The notes under the pieces are model-generated. The model searched no databases and had not been told where the DNA came from. It saw nothing but the letters and a program-made list of their open reading frames with translations. From the NCBI RefSeq assembly GCF_009914755.1, contig NC_060926.1: a stretch of 64,000 bases of DNA; one strand, written 5' to 3'. A program made the position numbers and the translations under genes. Numbering within the stretch: position 1 is the stretch's first letter; each line of letters opens with the position of its first letter. This stretch comes from the human T2T-CHM13v2.0 reference genome, Homo sapiens. This document shows positions 1-14,322 of the stretch, in pieces.

Positions 1-110
1 GCAGGAGGAATGCTCGAATCCAGGAGGCTGAGGTTTCAGTGAGCCGCGATGGCGCCACTGCACTCCAGCCTGGACAACAGAGTGAGACCCTGTCTCTAAA
101 AAATAAAAAA
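1..110 (+). mobile_element. Alu right arm (truncated by window edge)
   Basis: CCACTGCACTCCAGCCTGG...GACCCTGTCTC plus A tail. Confidence 0.9.
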
Positions 111-115
111 ACGGA

Positions 116-656
<541 letters not shown>

Positions 657-989
657 CTAGAGAGCAGCGAGCAGTGGGAGACGGGCAGGGAAGCCAGGCC
701 TGGCAGCACTAGGTTTGAGGAGCCCAGGGACAGCGTGGAGGAGGCTCCTGGCAGACGTTGGGGGTGAGGGGTGAACGGGAGGGGATGCTGGCCCCGTCCT
801 GTCCCCAGCCCCATCATCCTCCCAGGTGGGAAAGCCGCCTGGAAGCCCACGGTTGTCGTGTGAATCTTTCGCGTGGACTGGGGGGTGATAGGGCAGAGAC
901 TTTACATCGGTCGTTCATTTGTCCAGAACTTTGTTGAGCGTCATGTGTCAGAAACGGGGGCGGGGACCTCCATGATAGTAATAATACAG

Positions 990-1210
990 GAATTATGATG
1001 GCTGACATTTGCTGAGGCTTCCGGAAGGGTGTCAGAGACTTTAACAGTGTGCTAATCCTCACACCCTCACACACACACCCCAGCCCTGCCTCCCCAATTC
1101 CCATCTCCTAGGATTTTACAGAGGAAGAAACTGAGGTCTTCGTAAGCTGGAGTCATCTGGCTATTAAGTCACAGGCTTCAAAACACTCAGGATTGGATTC
1201 AAGCCCCAGA
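990..1210 (-). mobile_element. MIR
   Basis: TTTTACAGAGGAAGAAACTGAGG core. Confidence 0.6.
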
Positions 1211-1419
1211 TTCCAGCACCCAGGCGGGCCTTTCCCCAACCAGGCCCACTGAGCAGTTGCCCGGGAGTACTGCGGAAATGTTTACCACGAGCTTGGTGTC
1301 AAACAGCTGGGCGGGCCTGCCTGTGACCACGGCCCACCTGAACTTGCTAACAAGAGTCAGGCGGATGGAAAATGGAACAGAGGCTCAGGGAAGGGACAGA
1401 GTTACAAAGCAAAAGACTC

Positions 1420-1620
1420 CGGTTCAGTCCAGAGCTAGACTTCCTGGGTTTGAATCCCGGTTCTCTTACGAGAGAGACCTGTGACCCCAAGTGAGTTACT
1501 CAGAGTCTCTGTGCCACTGTTTCCCATGTGCAAAACGGGAATTATCAAAGGAACTGCCTCATGGGGCTGTTGTGAGGATTAAATCAGAAAGCTCAGCAAA
1601 GCATCAGAACAGAGTTTGGC
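1420..1620 (+). mobile_element. MIR
   Basis: CCTGGGTTTGAATCCCGGTTCT...CTGTGACC...GTTGTGAGGATTAAAT. Confidence 0.75.
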
Positions 1621-1639
1621 AGGTGGTTTCTGTTTTGTC

Positions 1640-1896
1640 ATTTTGAAACAGGGTCTCTGGCTGTCACTCAGGCTGGAGAGCAGTGGTGCAATCAAGGTTC
1701 ACTGCAGCCTCCACCTCCTGAGTAGCTGGGACTTCAGGTATTTGCCACTACACCCAGCTAATTTTTAAAACTTTTTGTAGAGAAGGGGGTCTCCCTCTGT
1801 TACCCACACTGGTCTTGAATTCCTAGGTTCAATAGATCTTCCTGCCTCAGCCTCCCATAGTGCTAGGATTACAGGCATGAGCCACGGCACCCGGCC
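1640..1896 (-). mobile_element. AluJ-like
   Basis: Antisense Alu ending ...GCCACGGCACCCGGCC. Confidence 0.9.
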
Positions 1897-3399
1897 AGCT
1901 TGGCAGTAGTAAGCACTCATAGGTCCCAGTTCTTGTTCCCACTGAAGAATGAGCAGGTGTCCAGGGGAAATGGCAGGACAGCAGACAGGAAAGCAGGAGA
2001 CCAGAGGAGAGGCATGGCCGGAGTGCTGGCCCTGGACATACCTCCAGAGCCTTCCAAGTCCTCACGGTGGGGGAGCAGAGACCACGGTGGTGCAGAGCCT
2101 GAACCACCGCTGTAGGAGGCCATACTGCCCACCCCACCCAGACTGTTCCCAGGCACTTGGCAGGGCACAGGGGGAGGCAGGGCATCCCGGAACTGCCGGG
2201 AAGTGACCCAGGAACACTGTGTCTCCAGGAGCTCCAGGGCCCGGCAAGTCCACCTGGAGGCCAGGCACCTGCAGCTGAGGAGGGCATGGCACGAAGTATT
2301 TTAATGTCTTTTAAATACATAGCTGGGATGAGATACCCATTCACATGACCTTTGTCCGTTCCTGCCTGGAGCCACTGAAGTGAGTTAATAAATACTGGAG
2401 GAGGTGGGCTGAGCCTGCGGGGGAAGAGCTGTCCCCTGAGGAGGGAGCTCTGGCCCAGGCGGCTTAGGCCATCATGGTCTTCTCTGCTAACAGCATCCCA
2501 TTTCACTTTCAAAAGTTCTCGTCCTCCCATGCTGAGTTAGGTGGTCACCATAGTTACCTGTAATGACAGGGATGGCCTGACATTCCTGAGGCCATACCTT
2601 GTTTTCAGCCACAGCCTGCAGGATTGTCCCCAGCCTTGGGGTCAAACCACCTGTCACATTTTAAGCAAAATGCTCTACAATCCCAAGTGGGGTCCCCAGC
2701 CCTGTAGCGGCGGCGCTGCCCGGGTACTCTGCAGAGACGCAGGTTTTCAGGCTGCCCCAGCCCTACTGGTCAGCAACGCAGGCAGGCAGTGATCTGCTTC
2801 ACAAGCCCCGAGGGGTTCTGATGTGCACTCTGAGTCCTCGTAACTCCAGGGGGAGATGGAAGGGTGCAAGGCCTGATGAGGGGAGGGGAGCACTGCTGGA
2901 CCAAATGCATAGCGGGGCCTGGCACAACTCCATCAGTCACTATGTAGCCGTGGCTCCTCCTGTGCCTGTTTCCTCATTTGGAAACCGAACACAACAGTGC
3001 GTCCGTCGATAGTATTTCAGGACATGTCCTACAGCAAGATGCTACAGACCAGAATCTTGCAAAGTGTGAAGTTCATCAGCCAAGAATGCTAACAGCCTCA
3101 GTACCCCACCCTTCACTGGTGGCCTGTGACCCTCTGAAAAATGGCAAGGACTTCCTGGCAGCCCTTGGTAAGGTAGGGCAATGGCACCAGAGTTGGAGAA
3201 CCACATATAGAAAGCTGAACAGGGCTGCTGTGTCTGAACCTGGTCCCACCGCCCAGGGTTTTTCTTTTGCTAATAAATAATGGTCTCTGACTGCACATGC
3301 AGGTGTGCCTGTCGGGGGGGGGGGGAAGGCGGGTGACATCACCCTCTTGTGCATTTCCGGGTCCACAGTAGGAGGCAGGGCAGGCGACCATCGGGAGCA

Positions 3400-3610
3400 T
3401 TTATTTCGGGCCAGCTGCTTCACTTACATCATCTCCATGAACTCTCATGGCACCTCTGCTAGGCAGTTATTTTTTTCATTTTTCTCTATAGTTTTGAACA
3501 CAGCCAGGCAGTTCTTAACCCAATTCATAAATGAAAAGACTGAGGCAGGAAGTGATCTGCCCACGGGGGGCAGGGGTGGAGCTGGGATTCTAATCCAAGT
3601 ATCTGTGATC
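3400..3610 (-). mobile_element. MIR (degenerate)
   Basis: ATGAAAAGACTGAGGC...AAGTGATCTGCCCA...GCTGGGATTC. Confidence 0.55.
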
Positions 3611-3739
3611 CAGAGCATCCTGAGGCGTCTCAGGCGGGGTACAAGGTGGTGGGCCACAGGAGAAAGGGGCACAGTGTCACTGGATAGTGGCACTCGGGAC
3701 GAATCATGGAACATGATGGAAAACAACTTTTTAGTAAAA

Positions 3740-4205
3740 AGTAAAGCTTCAAAATGTGGTCTATCCATACAACAGAATATTATTCAGCCTTAGGAAGGAA
3801 ATTAAAAATGTGAAAAAATGCAGGTGAACATGTGTTTATAAATTTAAAAAAGAAATTCTGATACATACATGGATGAACCTTGACGTATTAAGCAAAATAA
3901 GCCAGTCACAGAAAGGCAAATACTGTATGATCCACTTATGCGAGATGCCCGGAATAGTCAAATTCAGAGAGAGGGAAAGTAGAATGCTGGTTGCCAGGGG
4001 CCTTGCGGGAGGCAGGAATGGGGAAGTTATGCTTAATGGGGACAGGGTTTGTTTTACTAGTTGAGAGCCCTAGAGAGGGATTCCAGAACACCATGATGGT
4101 GATGGTTACCCAATGACCTGAATATATTTACCACCACTGAACAGCACACTTACAAATGGTTAAGATGGTAAATCTCGTGTTACGTGTATTTTGCCACAAT
4201 TTTAA
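3740..4205 (+). mobile_element. L1MB-like 3' end
   Basis: AAATGTGGTCTATCCATACAAC...ATGGATGAACCTTGA...AAATGGTTAAGATGGTAAAT. Confidence 0.85.
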
Positions 4206-4446
4206 GACTTGAAGGGAAAAAGGGCTTCAAAGCAGCGGCTGTGGAGCCTGTGATGTTGTGCATTTGCTCCCAGAGGCTCTGCTCTTGCCCTGCCTAGCCT
4301 GCTCCAGTCCCCAGTGACCAGCAGAGAAGAACCGCAGGCATGCAGGGGAGCCCGGCTGCTCTCAGCGGCTCTCCAGCTCATCTCGGGATTCGAGGCTGAG
4401 GCTTTCTCCTGCTTCTACCTTTCCGGGGAGCCACTGTTCTCACTGA

Positions 4447-4907
<461 letters not shown>

Positions 4908-5076
4908 TGGGTTGACCTCTTGATGTCACGAGGGGAAAGAGCTCTTCTGATGTATGATTCCTCCTGAATCCTTTATCGAAATGGCTGTGTTCTGATCGCA
5001 GGGGGAGGGGATCAGCTGTCTGCAGGGCATGGTGGTGGTAAAGACATCATCAAGCAGAACATTGAATTAAGTCTCA

Positions 5077-5082
5077 TTTATT
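5077..5082 (-). terminator. Polyadenylation signal AATAAA
   Basis: TTTATT on plus strand; UGUA (5155-5160) and U-rich tracts upstream; GU-rich sequence downstream on the minus strand. Confidence 0.8.
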
Positions 5083-6399
5083 CTAGGGCAAACTCAAAAG
5101 GGTTTTTTTTTTTTCTTTTTTAGCAAATCCTAGCACATTATTAACAAAAAAATCTGTACATTTGCCATGATACACTTGAAAGTGAAACAAATAAGATATA
5201 AATACAGATATGGATGTAACATGAAAAAGCCCCCCCCCCAAAAAAACCCAAAAAACAAAAAAACCCACCCAACCTGGGGGTGTGGGGACCATGCGTGTGA
5301 ACACAGTGCCAACATAACTATTTTGGTGGCTGATATTTTTTCAGAGCACTTCTTTATTTCCAAACATTATTGTTAGCAAAGTCCTGGTGGGATTCTACAA
5401 AGTTCTTATTTGCTGTCCTTTAAAGTGTAACATTACGCTTGATAAATAAAGGGTGGCAGGGAAAGAAAAAGACTGATGAGACAAAGTCAGTTGCATTACC
5501 TGCACAGGGTGGTAAGCTAGTGAGGCGCATAGAAAAGGCAGGCCCGTGGCATCGCCGCAGGTCCGGGAAGCACACACAGTGTACTTGAAGGAAGCTGCGT
5601 GCCCCGAGGACCGGCTGCACCCTGCCCAGACCCTGGCTGCAGGGGAGGCAGCAGCTTGGAGGAAGCAGGGAGTCAGCCCGCCCAGCCCCGCAGTGGAGCA
5701 GCGGGGGTCTTGGGCCCTGGCCAGTCCGGTAGACAGGGAGGCAGAGACAGGCTTAGGTGCTCTGCTCTTTTGTGTTCTGTTTTTCATTGGAACAGGGGCC
5801 CTGCAGGGAGGCGGCGGCAAGGCAAGGCAGCTGCAGCTGTCAGGGTCTAGGGGGCGACGGTGGGCTCGGCGCCCTCCCAGTGAGGTGGTGGCGGCATGCG
5901 AGTCTCCTCGGCGCGGCGGCAGCAGTTTTCAGATTGAGGCCAAGAGACCTGTGACGTGATTGTATCTCTAAGTCAGGAGACTGAAGACTGGGCGAGTGAC
6001 ATTCAAGGCTAGCCCTTTGTGAGTACTATGAGGACGTCCAGCAATGTTCGAGATCCTTTCTAAGTACACTGGGGACTGGGGTACCTTCTGGGAGTCAAAG
6101 AGCTCAAGGAGAAAGGTCTTTCTAACTGCATTAGGAATAAAGAAACTCATGGATAACCTAGCCCGACGCACATTCCTGCAACAAAGGGGTCAACAAGAGA
6201 CTCCCTAATTCACTTGTAGAGTGTAAAAAAGAAATACCATTAATGACATATTAATAAACAAACAGTACTTATCAACAAAAGACCTGGTCCTGCTATATTT
6301 TGAGCCAAAGCTCGTCAGTAATACCCAACCCCTTGAAACGCGTCCCTCAAGTTCCCTAAACAGCAGCAGTGAGGTACCACACATGTGTAGGGTGCACGC

Positions 6400-6415
6400 A
6401 CAAACACACACAACA

Positions 6416-6455
<40 letters not shown>
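6400..6455. repeat. (CA)n/(TG)n microsatellite in 3' UTR
   Basis: Perfect (CA)19 at 6417-6454 with imperfect flank. Confidence 0.95.
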
Positions 6456-6459
<4 letters not shown>

Positions 6460-8145
6460 GCACCCTGGCTTTACTGTTCCTATGCACTATGGGGCCTTCA
6501 TTTTCAGCCCATGTTTCCAAATCAACATCAGTCTTTCCCAGCTTCCTGCATCCAATGCAGAGGGTCAGGGCAGAGGGGTCTGTGGAAATGATGTTAAGAA
6601 TCACGTGCTCTGGCACCCAGCCTCTGCTTTCAGTCCTAGCAGTTGCAGTGGGCTCTGCACTGCAATAGCAAATACGTTATTAGAATTAATCTCAAAAGAA
6701 GCATTTTCCTTATGGAAAAATCAGTTCAATTTATAGGATCTAATACAACAGTAAGAGACAATAGAAGTCCTCATGATTGCATTAAGAATTTCCATTTGGC
6801 TTAAGAATTTTACTCAGAATTTATTTAACCAGACTCCAAACCTCTAGTTACTTTTATTGGAGTAATTAGGCTCTAAAGGTGTTTTTAAAAAGGGGGCCTA
6901 GTGGTTCGCTGAGGAGGAAGAGAGACTCTAAATGTGTGTTCTTTTTAAGTGTGTTTCTAATCCTGTTTTTCTGCAATCTGCTACACCTCATAATTACTTT
7001 TTTCCTTAAACAGTGACTATTTCATCAACAGACATTCAAGGAACTACTTCAGTTTATAAAATTAAAAAAAATTGTGATATCCAGTCTCTCTAGGCTTTTC
7101 TTGGCTCTTAATCCCACATTAAACTGAGAAGTCAGAACTAAGATGGTAAAGATGCCATTTACCAGATTAACTGAGACCATGTTAGAACTGAACGGCTTAG
7201 GCAGAACTTTGAGGGGAGGAAACAAGTTGGTGCTCAATCTGAATCACCGTGTAGCCCAGAGATGAGGGTCTTGGCAGAGCCCCCATGACAACAGTGTTCC
7301 CAAGGATCTCAGCAGTAAAGATGAAAGACTTCTTCTTTATCTTCTGTGCTTCATGAACTGCCATCTCAGGCATCCCTAAATGATGCCATACATTTATCTT
7401 ATTTTTGTGTCCAGATTTAAACTTGAAGAATTCCTTTGCATGGAAGCTCTGGGGTAGGGACCTTGTCGGTGGAGTCGATTAGGGAGAGCTGGAAGGAGAC
7501 TGTCAGGGTGCACTCCCAATTCTACGCTGAAAGCCAGGGCAGTCGGCCTCCAGTCTGGATATGACAAGCAAAATTCCCAGCGTTTGTTAAAAGGCCATCT
7601 TCAGACTGTTCTTGCCAAGACTTGATTCCCATTTTTAGTAGGTCTCAGAACACAACTTAAAGATATATCACCTTTCGTGGTGTCAGCTGTGAAAGGGGCC
7701 CCACACAGACCATACGCACAAGAAAATAGGCTAAGGAGGAAGAACACAAAGTAACACCCCACCCCACCCCCAAATATGTTATTAACTGAAAAAAAAAATG
7801 CTACTTTCTACCAAGTAGTGGCTAGAGCGCTCTGATTTTTAAAAACTGCACCCCACACACAGGGTTTCGCCATCTCAGCAGGCTGTACAAGACATGTTTC
7901 AGTATGGCTCTTTTCTGTTCTTATTCCTTTTGTTTTGTATGAAGACTGCAATACAGGCCTTGCTTCCTTTACATTCAATACCAGTAAGATTCTACAGAAA
8001 AGCTGGAAGGGACCAAAATACTGATTGTAATAAATATTTGTGGGCCTCCTTGTACTGACTGGGCAGCCGATGAAGGGGGTGGGGAAAGGTCTCTGAGAGG
8101 CACCACCGATTGCTTCTAGGTCTACACAAGAGACAGGTACTGCCA

Positions 8146-8232
8146 TTAGCTGTGCGTGGAGACATCGGAGGAGGAGCTGCTGTTGCTGTTGGTGGTCTGG
8201 GCCCTCTTTATGTATAAGTTTAGTAGCTTCAT
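8146..8232 (-). CDS. CLASP1: CLASP1 last exon, coding part: MKLLNLYIKRAQTTNSNSSSSSDVSTHS*
   Basis: Acceptor CTTTTCAG|ATG; TAA at 8148-8146; characteristic CLASP C-terminal KLLNLYIKR motif. Confidence 0.96.
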   Translation of the reverse strand: MKLLNLYIKRAQTTNSNSSSSSDVSTHS

Positions 8233-9410
8233 CTGAAAAGAGAAGATGAAACTGAATTAGCAGGAAGAAAAGCAATCAGAAAGTAGAAAACAGCAAAAAG
8301 AATCCCAGGTGACAGTAAGGAAACAGCAAGTCCCTTAGTTCCCTTGGTTGAGGAATTCATTATAAAAACATGTTCTGAGTGCCTGCTGCCCATCCAATGC
8401 ATCTGCCAGGTGCTAGGGCCACAGAGGGAGGGAGGAGGCCAGAGTCCAGAGGAGAGGGAAAAGCCGTGGGCAATTACAAGACCACCACCAGGTGTCACAA
8501 CTAGGTGGGCCGCAGCAGCTCATGGAGGAAGGGATACGGGGGCAGGGCCATTCATCTCAAGCACGACTGCAGCCCAAAGGCTCCATCAGAGCCAGGGAAA
8601 AAGCAGGGTGAGAACCCCGCTCCACAGGGGGGAAGTGGCTGGGCCAAGGTCAGAGGGCAAATCCTCTAACCTTCACACCTTTAGCCTCTTGAGTAGCTGG
8701 GACTACAGGCATGTGACACCACGCCTGACAGTACTTTAAATGTAAATGGATTAAACTCTTCAATCAAAAGACAGAAATGGGCAGAATGGATAAACATGTG
8801 ATCCAATTATATGCTGTCTATAAGAAATTCACTTTAGATCCAAAGACATAAATGGATTGAAAATGAAAGGATATAAAAAGATATTCCATGAAACAGTAAT
8901 CAAAGGGAGCAAGGCTGGCTATACTAATATCAGACAAAACAGAGTTGACATCAAAAAAGCTTCTGGAGATAAGACTTCGATACTCCACCCTCAATAATGG
9001 ATAAAAGAACCAGACAGATGATAAGCAAGCAAATAGAGGACTTAACCTGATAAACCAACTTGATCTAACAGATGTATATGAAACTCAACAACAGAACACA
9101 CATTCTTCTCAAGGGACACATTAAGTTTCAAATCTATTGAAATTTAATTTGTGATTTAACATATGGTTTATCATAGGATTTAACATATGATTGAACATAG
9201 ACCATATGTTCAATCACAAATTAAGTTTAAATAGATTTAAAAAGATACCAAAGCATCTTCTCCAACCATAATGGGATGAAATAAATCAATAATAGAAGGA
9301 AAACGAAAAAAAATCATAAATTTATAAAAATTGAGTTAACATATTCTTAAACAACCAATGAGTAAAGAAGAGATCATAAGGTAAACTAGAAGACATATTT
9401 AAAAAAAGAA

Positions 9411-9702
9411 TTTTTTTTTTTTTTGAGACAGGGTCTCACTCGGAGGCCCAGGCTGGAGTGCAGTGGCACAACCTCAGCTCACTGCAGCCTTGACCTTCCA
9501 GGATCAGGTGATCCTCCCACCTTAGCTTCCTGACTAGCTGGGACCAGAGGTGCACACCACCATGCCCAGCTAATTTTGTATTTTGTATGATGGGGCTTTG
9601 CCATGTTGACCAGGCTAGTCTTGAACTCGTGGGCTCAAGCAATCCTCCTGCCTCGGCCTCCCAAAGTGCTGGGATTACTAGCGTGAGCCACCGCACCTAG
9701 CC
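9411..9702 (-). mobile_element. AluJ-like
   Basis: Poly-T followed by full antisense Alu. Confidence 0.92.
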
Positions 9703-9947
9703 TTAGAAAACATCTTGAGACAAATGAAAATGATAAGACAATTTTTGGGGATGCAGCAAAAACAGTGCTGAAGAGGGAAATTTAGAGTTATAAATGCTTA
9801 CATTAAAAAAGAAAGCTCTCTAATCAACAACCTAAACTTTTATCTTAAGGAACTAGAAAAAAGAACTACATCTAAAGCTAGCAGGAGAAAACAATAAAGA
9901 TTAGAGCAGAGATAAACAAAATAGAGAACAGAAAAATAGAGAAAATT

Positions 9948-10336
9948 GGCTGGGCATGGTCACGCCTATAATCTCAGCAATGTAGGAGGCTGAGGTGGGA
10001 GAATCGTTTGAAACCAGTTCAAGACCAGACTGGCAACATAGCGAGACCCTATCTCTACAAAAAATTTAAAAATTAGCTGGGATTATGTGTGCCTGTAATC
10101 CCAGCTACTTGGGGAGGGGCTGAGATGGGAGGATGGCTTGAGTCCAGGAGGTCAAGGGTGCCAGTGAGTCATGATTGTGCCACCGCACTCCAGCCTGAGT
10201 GACCAAAAATTAATTAATTAATTTATGCATGCACAGACATGGTCTTGCTGTTGCCCAGGCTGGTTTGGAGCTTCTGGCCTCAAGTGACCCTGCCAAAGTG
10301 CTAGAATTACAGGCGTGAGCCACCCACTCCTGGACC
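9948..10336. mobile_element. AluJ-like (+, 9948-10205) followed by an antisense Alu left-arm fragment (~10235-10336)
   Basis: Alu motifs in opposite orientations. Confidence 0.85.
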
Positions 10337-11078
10337 AGTCAAATAATTTTCAACAAGCATGCCAAGACCGTTTAATAGGGAAAGGATCATCTTTTTAACA
10401 GATAAGAAATCGCCATCAGGTTATTTATTTTCAACAAATGAGATACCCATCCTCATCTCATAGAGGACGGCTATTAGAAATAATGAGAAATAAATTAGAA
10501 AAGTGAAAAATAAAAACAGAAAATAACAAGTGTTGGTGAGGATGTGGGGAAATTAGAACCCTTGTGCACTGTTGGTCAGAACGTAAAATGGTGCAATCTC
10601 TGTGGAAAACAGCAGGGAGGTTCCCTGAAACATTAAGGACTTGAACAGGTGCACCAGTGTTCATAGCAGCATTATTCACAAGAGCCAGAAGGTGGAAGCA
10701 ACCCAGGGTCTATCAACAGATGAGCAGATAAACAAACCATGCAATCTACACACAATGGACATTCAGTCTTGAAAAGGAAGGAAATTCTGACAAATGCTGC
10801 AACATGGATAAGCCCTGAGGACATTATGCTAAGTGAAATAAGCCAGCCACAAAGGACACATACGATGTAATTCCACTTATATGAGACACCTGGGGTAGTC
10901 AAATTCATGGAGACAGAAAGTAGAAAGGTGGATGCCAGGGGTTGGGAAAGAAGGAAATAGGAAATTATTGTTTAATGGGTGCAAAGGTTCAGTTTTGCAA
11001 AATGAAAAAAGTTTCGAAGATGGATGGTAGTGATGGTTATACAACAATATGAACCACACACTTAAAAATAGTTACAAT

Positions 11079-11912
<834 letters not shown>

Positions 11913-12144
11913 TTCATTTATTAACTTCATTTAAGCAAAAGGAGAGCGTGTTCCCATAGGCCTGTAACACTGGAACACAGGGAGCCATGACTTGATTCTC
12001 TTTGTTTCTAGTCAAGGAAATTGAGACAGACTTAGCACCAGGTTCTGCCTGCCAGCTACCATCTGGTTGAGGAAGGGAGGGAGTTTGTATTAGGAGATGT
12101 GTACCTGAGTCTACAAAGTTCATATGAACATACCAGAGCTATTA

Positions 12145-12452
<308 letters not shown>

Positions 12453-13067
12453 TTAACGGCTGGATGAACTGGGCTACGAAAGCAGAAAGATGTGAAGGCC
12501 AGTCTCTCCAAACCCCTGAGGAACTAAGGTTGTAACTGGGGGAGGGAAGGCGCTGGCTCCCGGTCAGGAATGTGGGTTCTGGACCCAAAGCTTCACCAAG
12601 AGTGGCAGCAGCGGGTCAATTGCCAAATGGGGAGGAGAAAACACCTGGATTTTCTGTCCCTTATCCAAAGGTTCAAATGAGTTGATGGGACAACTCTCTT
12701 ACTCAAGAAAAGTAAAAAGTGCCAGACAAAACCAAGGTGTGACTCATGTTCTTTTTGGATGAATTTTCCATTTTATAAATGTAATTCCCTTTGTGAATTG
12801 TATCATTGAAGGTCCTCCTGGTCAGCAGGAATCACCTACAAATCCCTGATGGAGGTAGGAGAGCTGGGGGGACTTTTGCTCTGTATCTTTCAGATAATTA
12901 GGAAGGGGATCTGATGAGGAGCCTGTGCAGCAGTAGGGCAAGGAGAAGGAACTGGAGAACAGAATAAGGTCACCCCCAAACCATGCACTGCACACCTGCC
13001 TCATACACCTCTTCCAGCCTATCTGCTGATTCCTGTTTACAAAAAGAGGACAGTGTCTCCTCTGGAC

Positions 13068-13268
13068 CACCGGTTCTCAACCAGGGGTGATTCTGCCCCC
13101 CAGAGGGCATCTGGCCAGGTGTGAGACAGCAGTGATGGGTGCTATTGGCACATGTCGGTATAGACGGTGGTGGTCAGAGATGCTGCTTAAACTTCCTACC
13201 ACACACAGGGCAGCCCACCTCAACAAGGTGGCCCAGAGTGTCAACAGAGCCAAGGTAGAGAAACTCTG
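13068..13268 (+). mobile_element. MER20 (hAT-Charlie)
   Basis: Termini CACCGGTTCTCAA...GAGAAACTCTG; 8-bp TSD CTCTGGAC/CTCTGAAC. Confidence 0.85.
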
Positions 13269-14322
13269 CTCTGAACACCCCAGCCAGAGCTTTGCTTCCC
13301 CAGAACTCTGGAGAAACAAGGCTCTGGCTGTTAATGCTCACCAGCTGTATCAAAGCAACAGCTCAATCTGAAATGATGAAATGGGCCCCACTTGCCAATT
13401 CCTCCTCTCATAAGAGCAGGCGCTTCTGGTTTCATGTTTTCCACTGGCTTCGTTTGATAGAGTGGTTTGTATAAAAAGGTGGGGATTTTAAACTCCACAG
13501 AGATGCGCTTTCTCCACAGGCAGGTCCTGAGGCCCCAGGCCCAGCTGGCCTCCTCTCTGGGAACCAAGGCCTCACCCCTTCACCATGCCTCTCCTGCCAC
13601 AGCATAAGGCCGGGTTTTTAATCTGCTCTCACCAGCCTAGCATGTCACATTTGAGTTTGTTGTTGTTGTTGTTGTTTTAATTAAAACCAATAAGCAGTCT
13701 AGCCACTCTCATTTTCAGTGACATCCATTTTGGTCCATTTTCTTCCCCTGATTCCAGACACCCTTAAAGGAACATTAGAGGCAGCAGTGTGAGTAAGAAG
13801 TCTGCCTCCTGGAGTCAGGTCTGTGCCGTGGGGCACGTTAAGGGGGATGACCATGCCCACAGGGATGTTGCCGTAAACATGAGTCAACGCATGCAAAGTG
13901 CGTAGGGCTGCCCTGTAGGCTCAAGGTGAGAGCCAGCTGTTGCCACCACTGATGCCCATGAGGGACTCAGCTCTGATTCAGCAACTGCTAAGCAAGCAGG
14001 TAAATTTCTTTAGTGTTTCCATGAAAAATCGGATGGTTTCTAATTAAAGTTGTTTTTCTTTTGGAAATAAACCAGCAGCTCAAAATCAGCATTTCATAAA
14101 CAGGAGTTAAGGCAGACTATGTTGTGTAATGTCAGTCTTACCTTAAACTGATTTCACTGTATAGTTCATTTTTATATTTAGAAAAATCCTCTTGGAGAAA
14201 TAAGGCCCAGCTAAAACACAATGAACAAAACCTGTCTGGAATCCAGAGCTGCAGTCAAATGGATTTATGACAAGCTGGCAGAGCCCAGGTGTGCGTATCA
14301 GCCCAGGTAACACTATACATAC

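Larger units (their letters stand above)
5057..8145 (-). other. CLASP1: CLASP1 3' UTR (~3.1 kb; exact cleavage site approximate)
   Basis: Follows the stop codon; no interspersed repeats seen; U-rich distal end; terminal AATAAA. Confidence 0.85.

Noticed and set aside
1847-2530. Longest ORF in the track (227 aa, minus strand)
   Set aside because: No recognisable domain, ends inside an Alu, composition typical of GC-rich non-coding DNA
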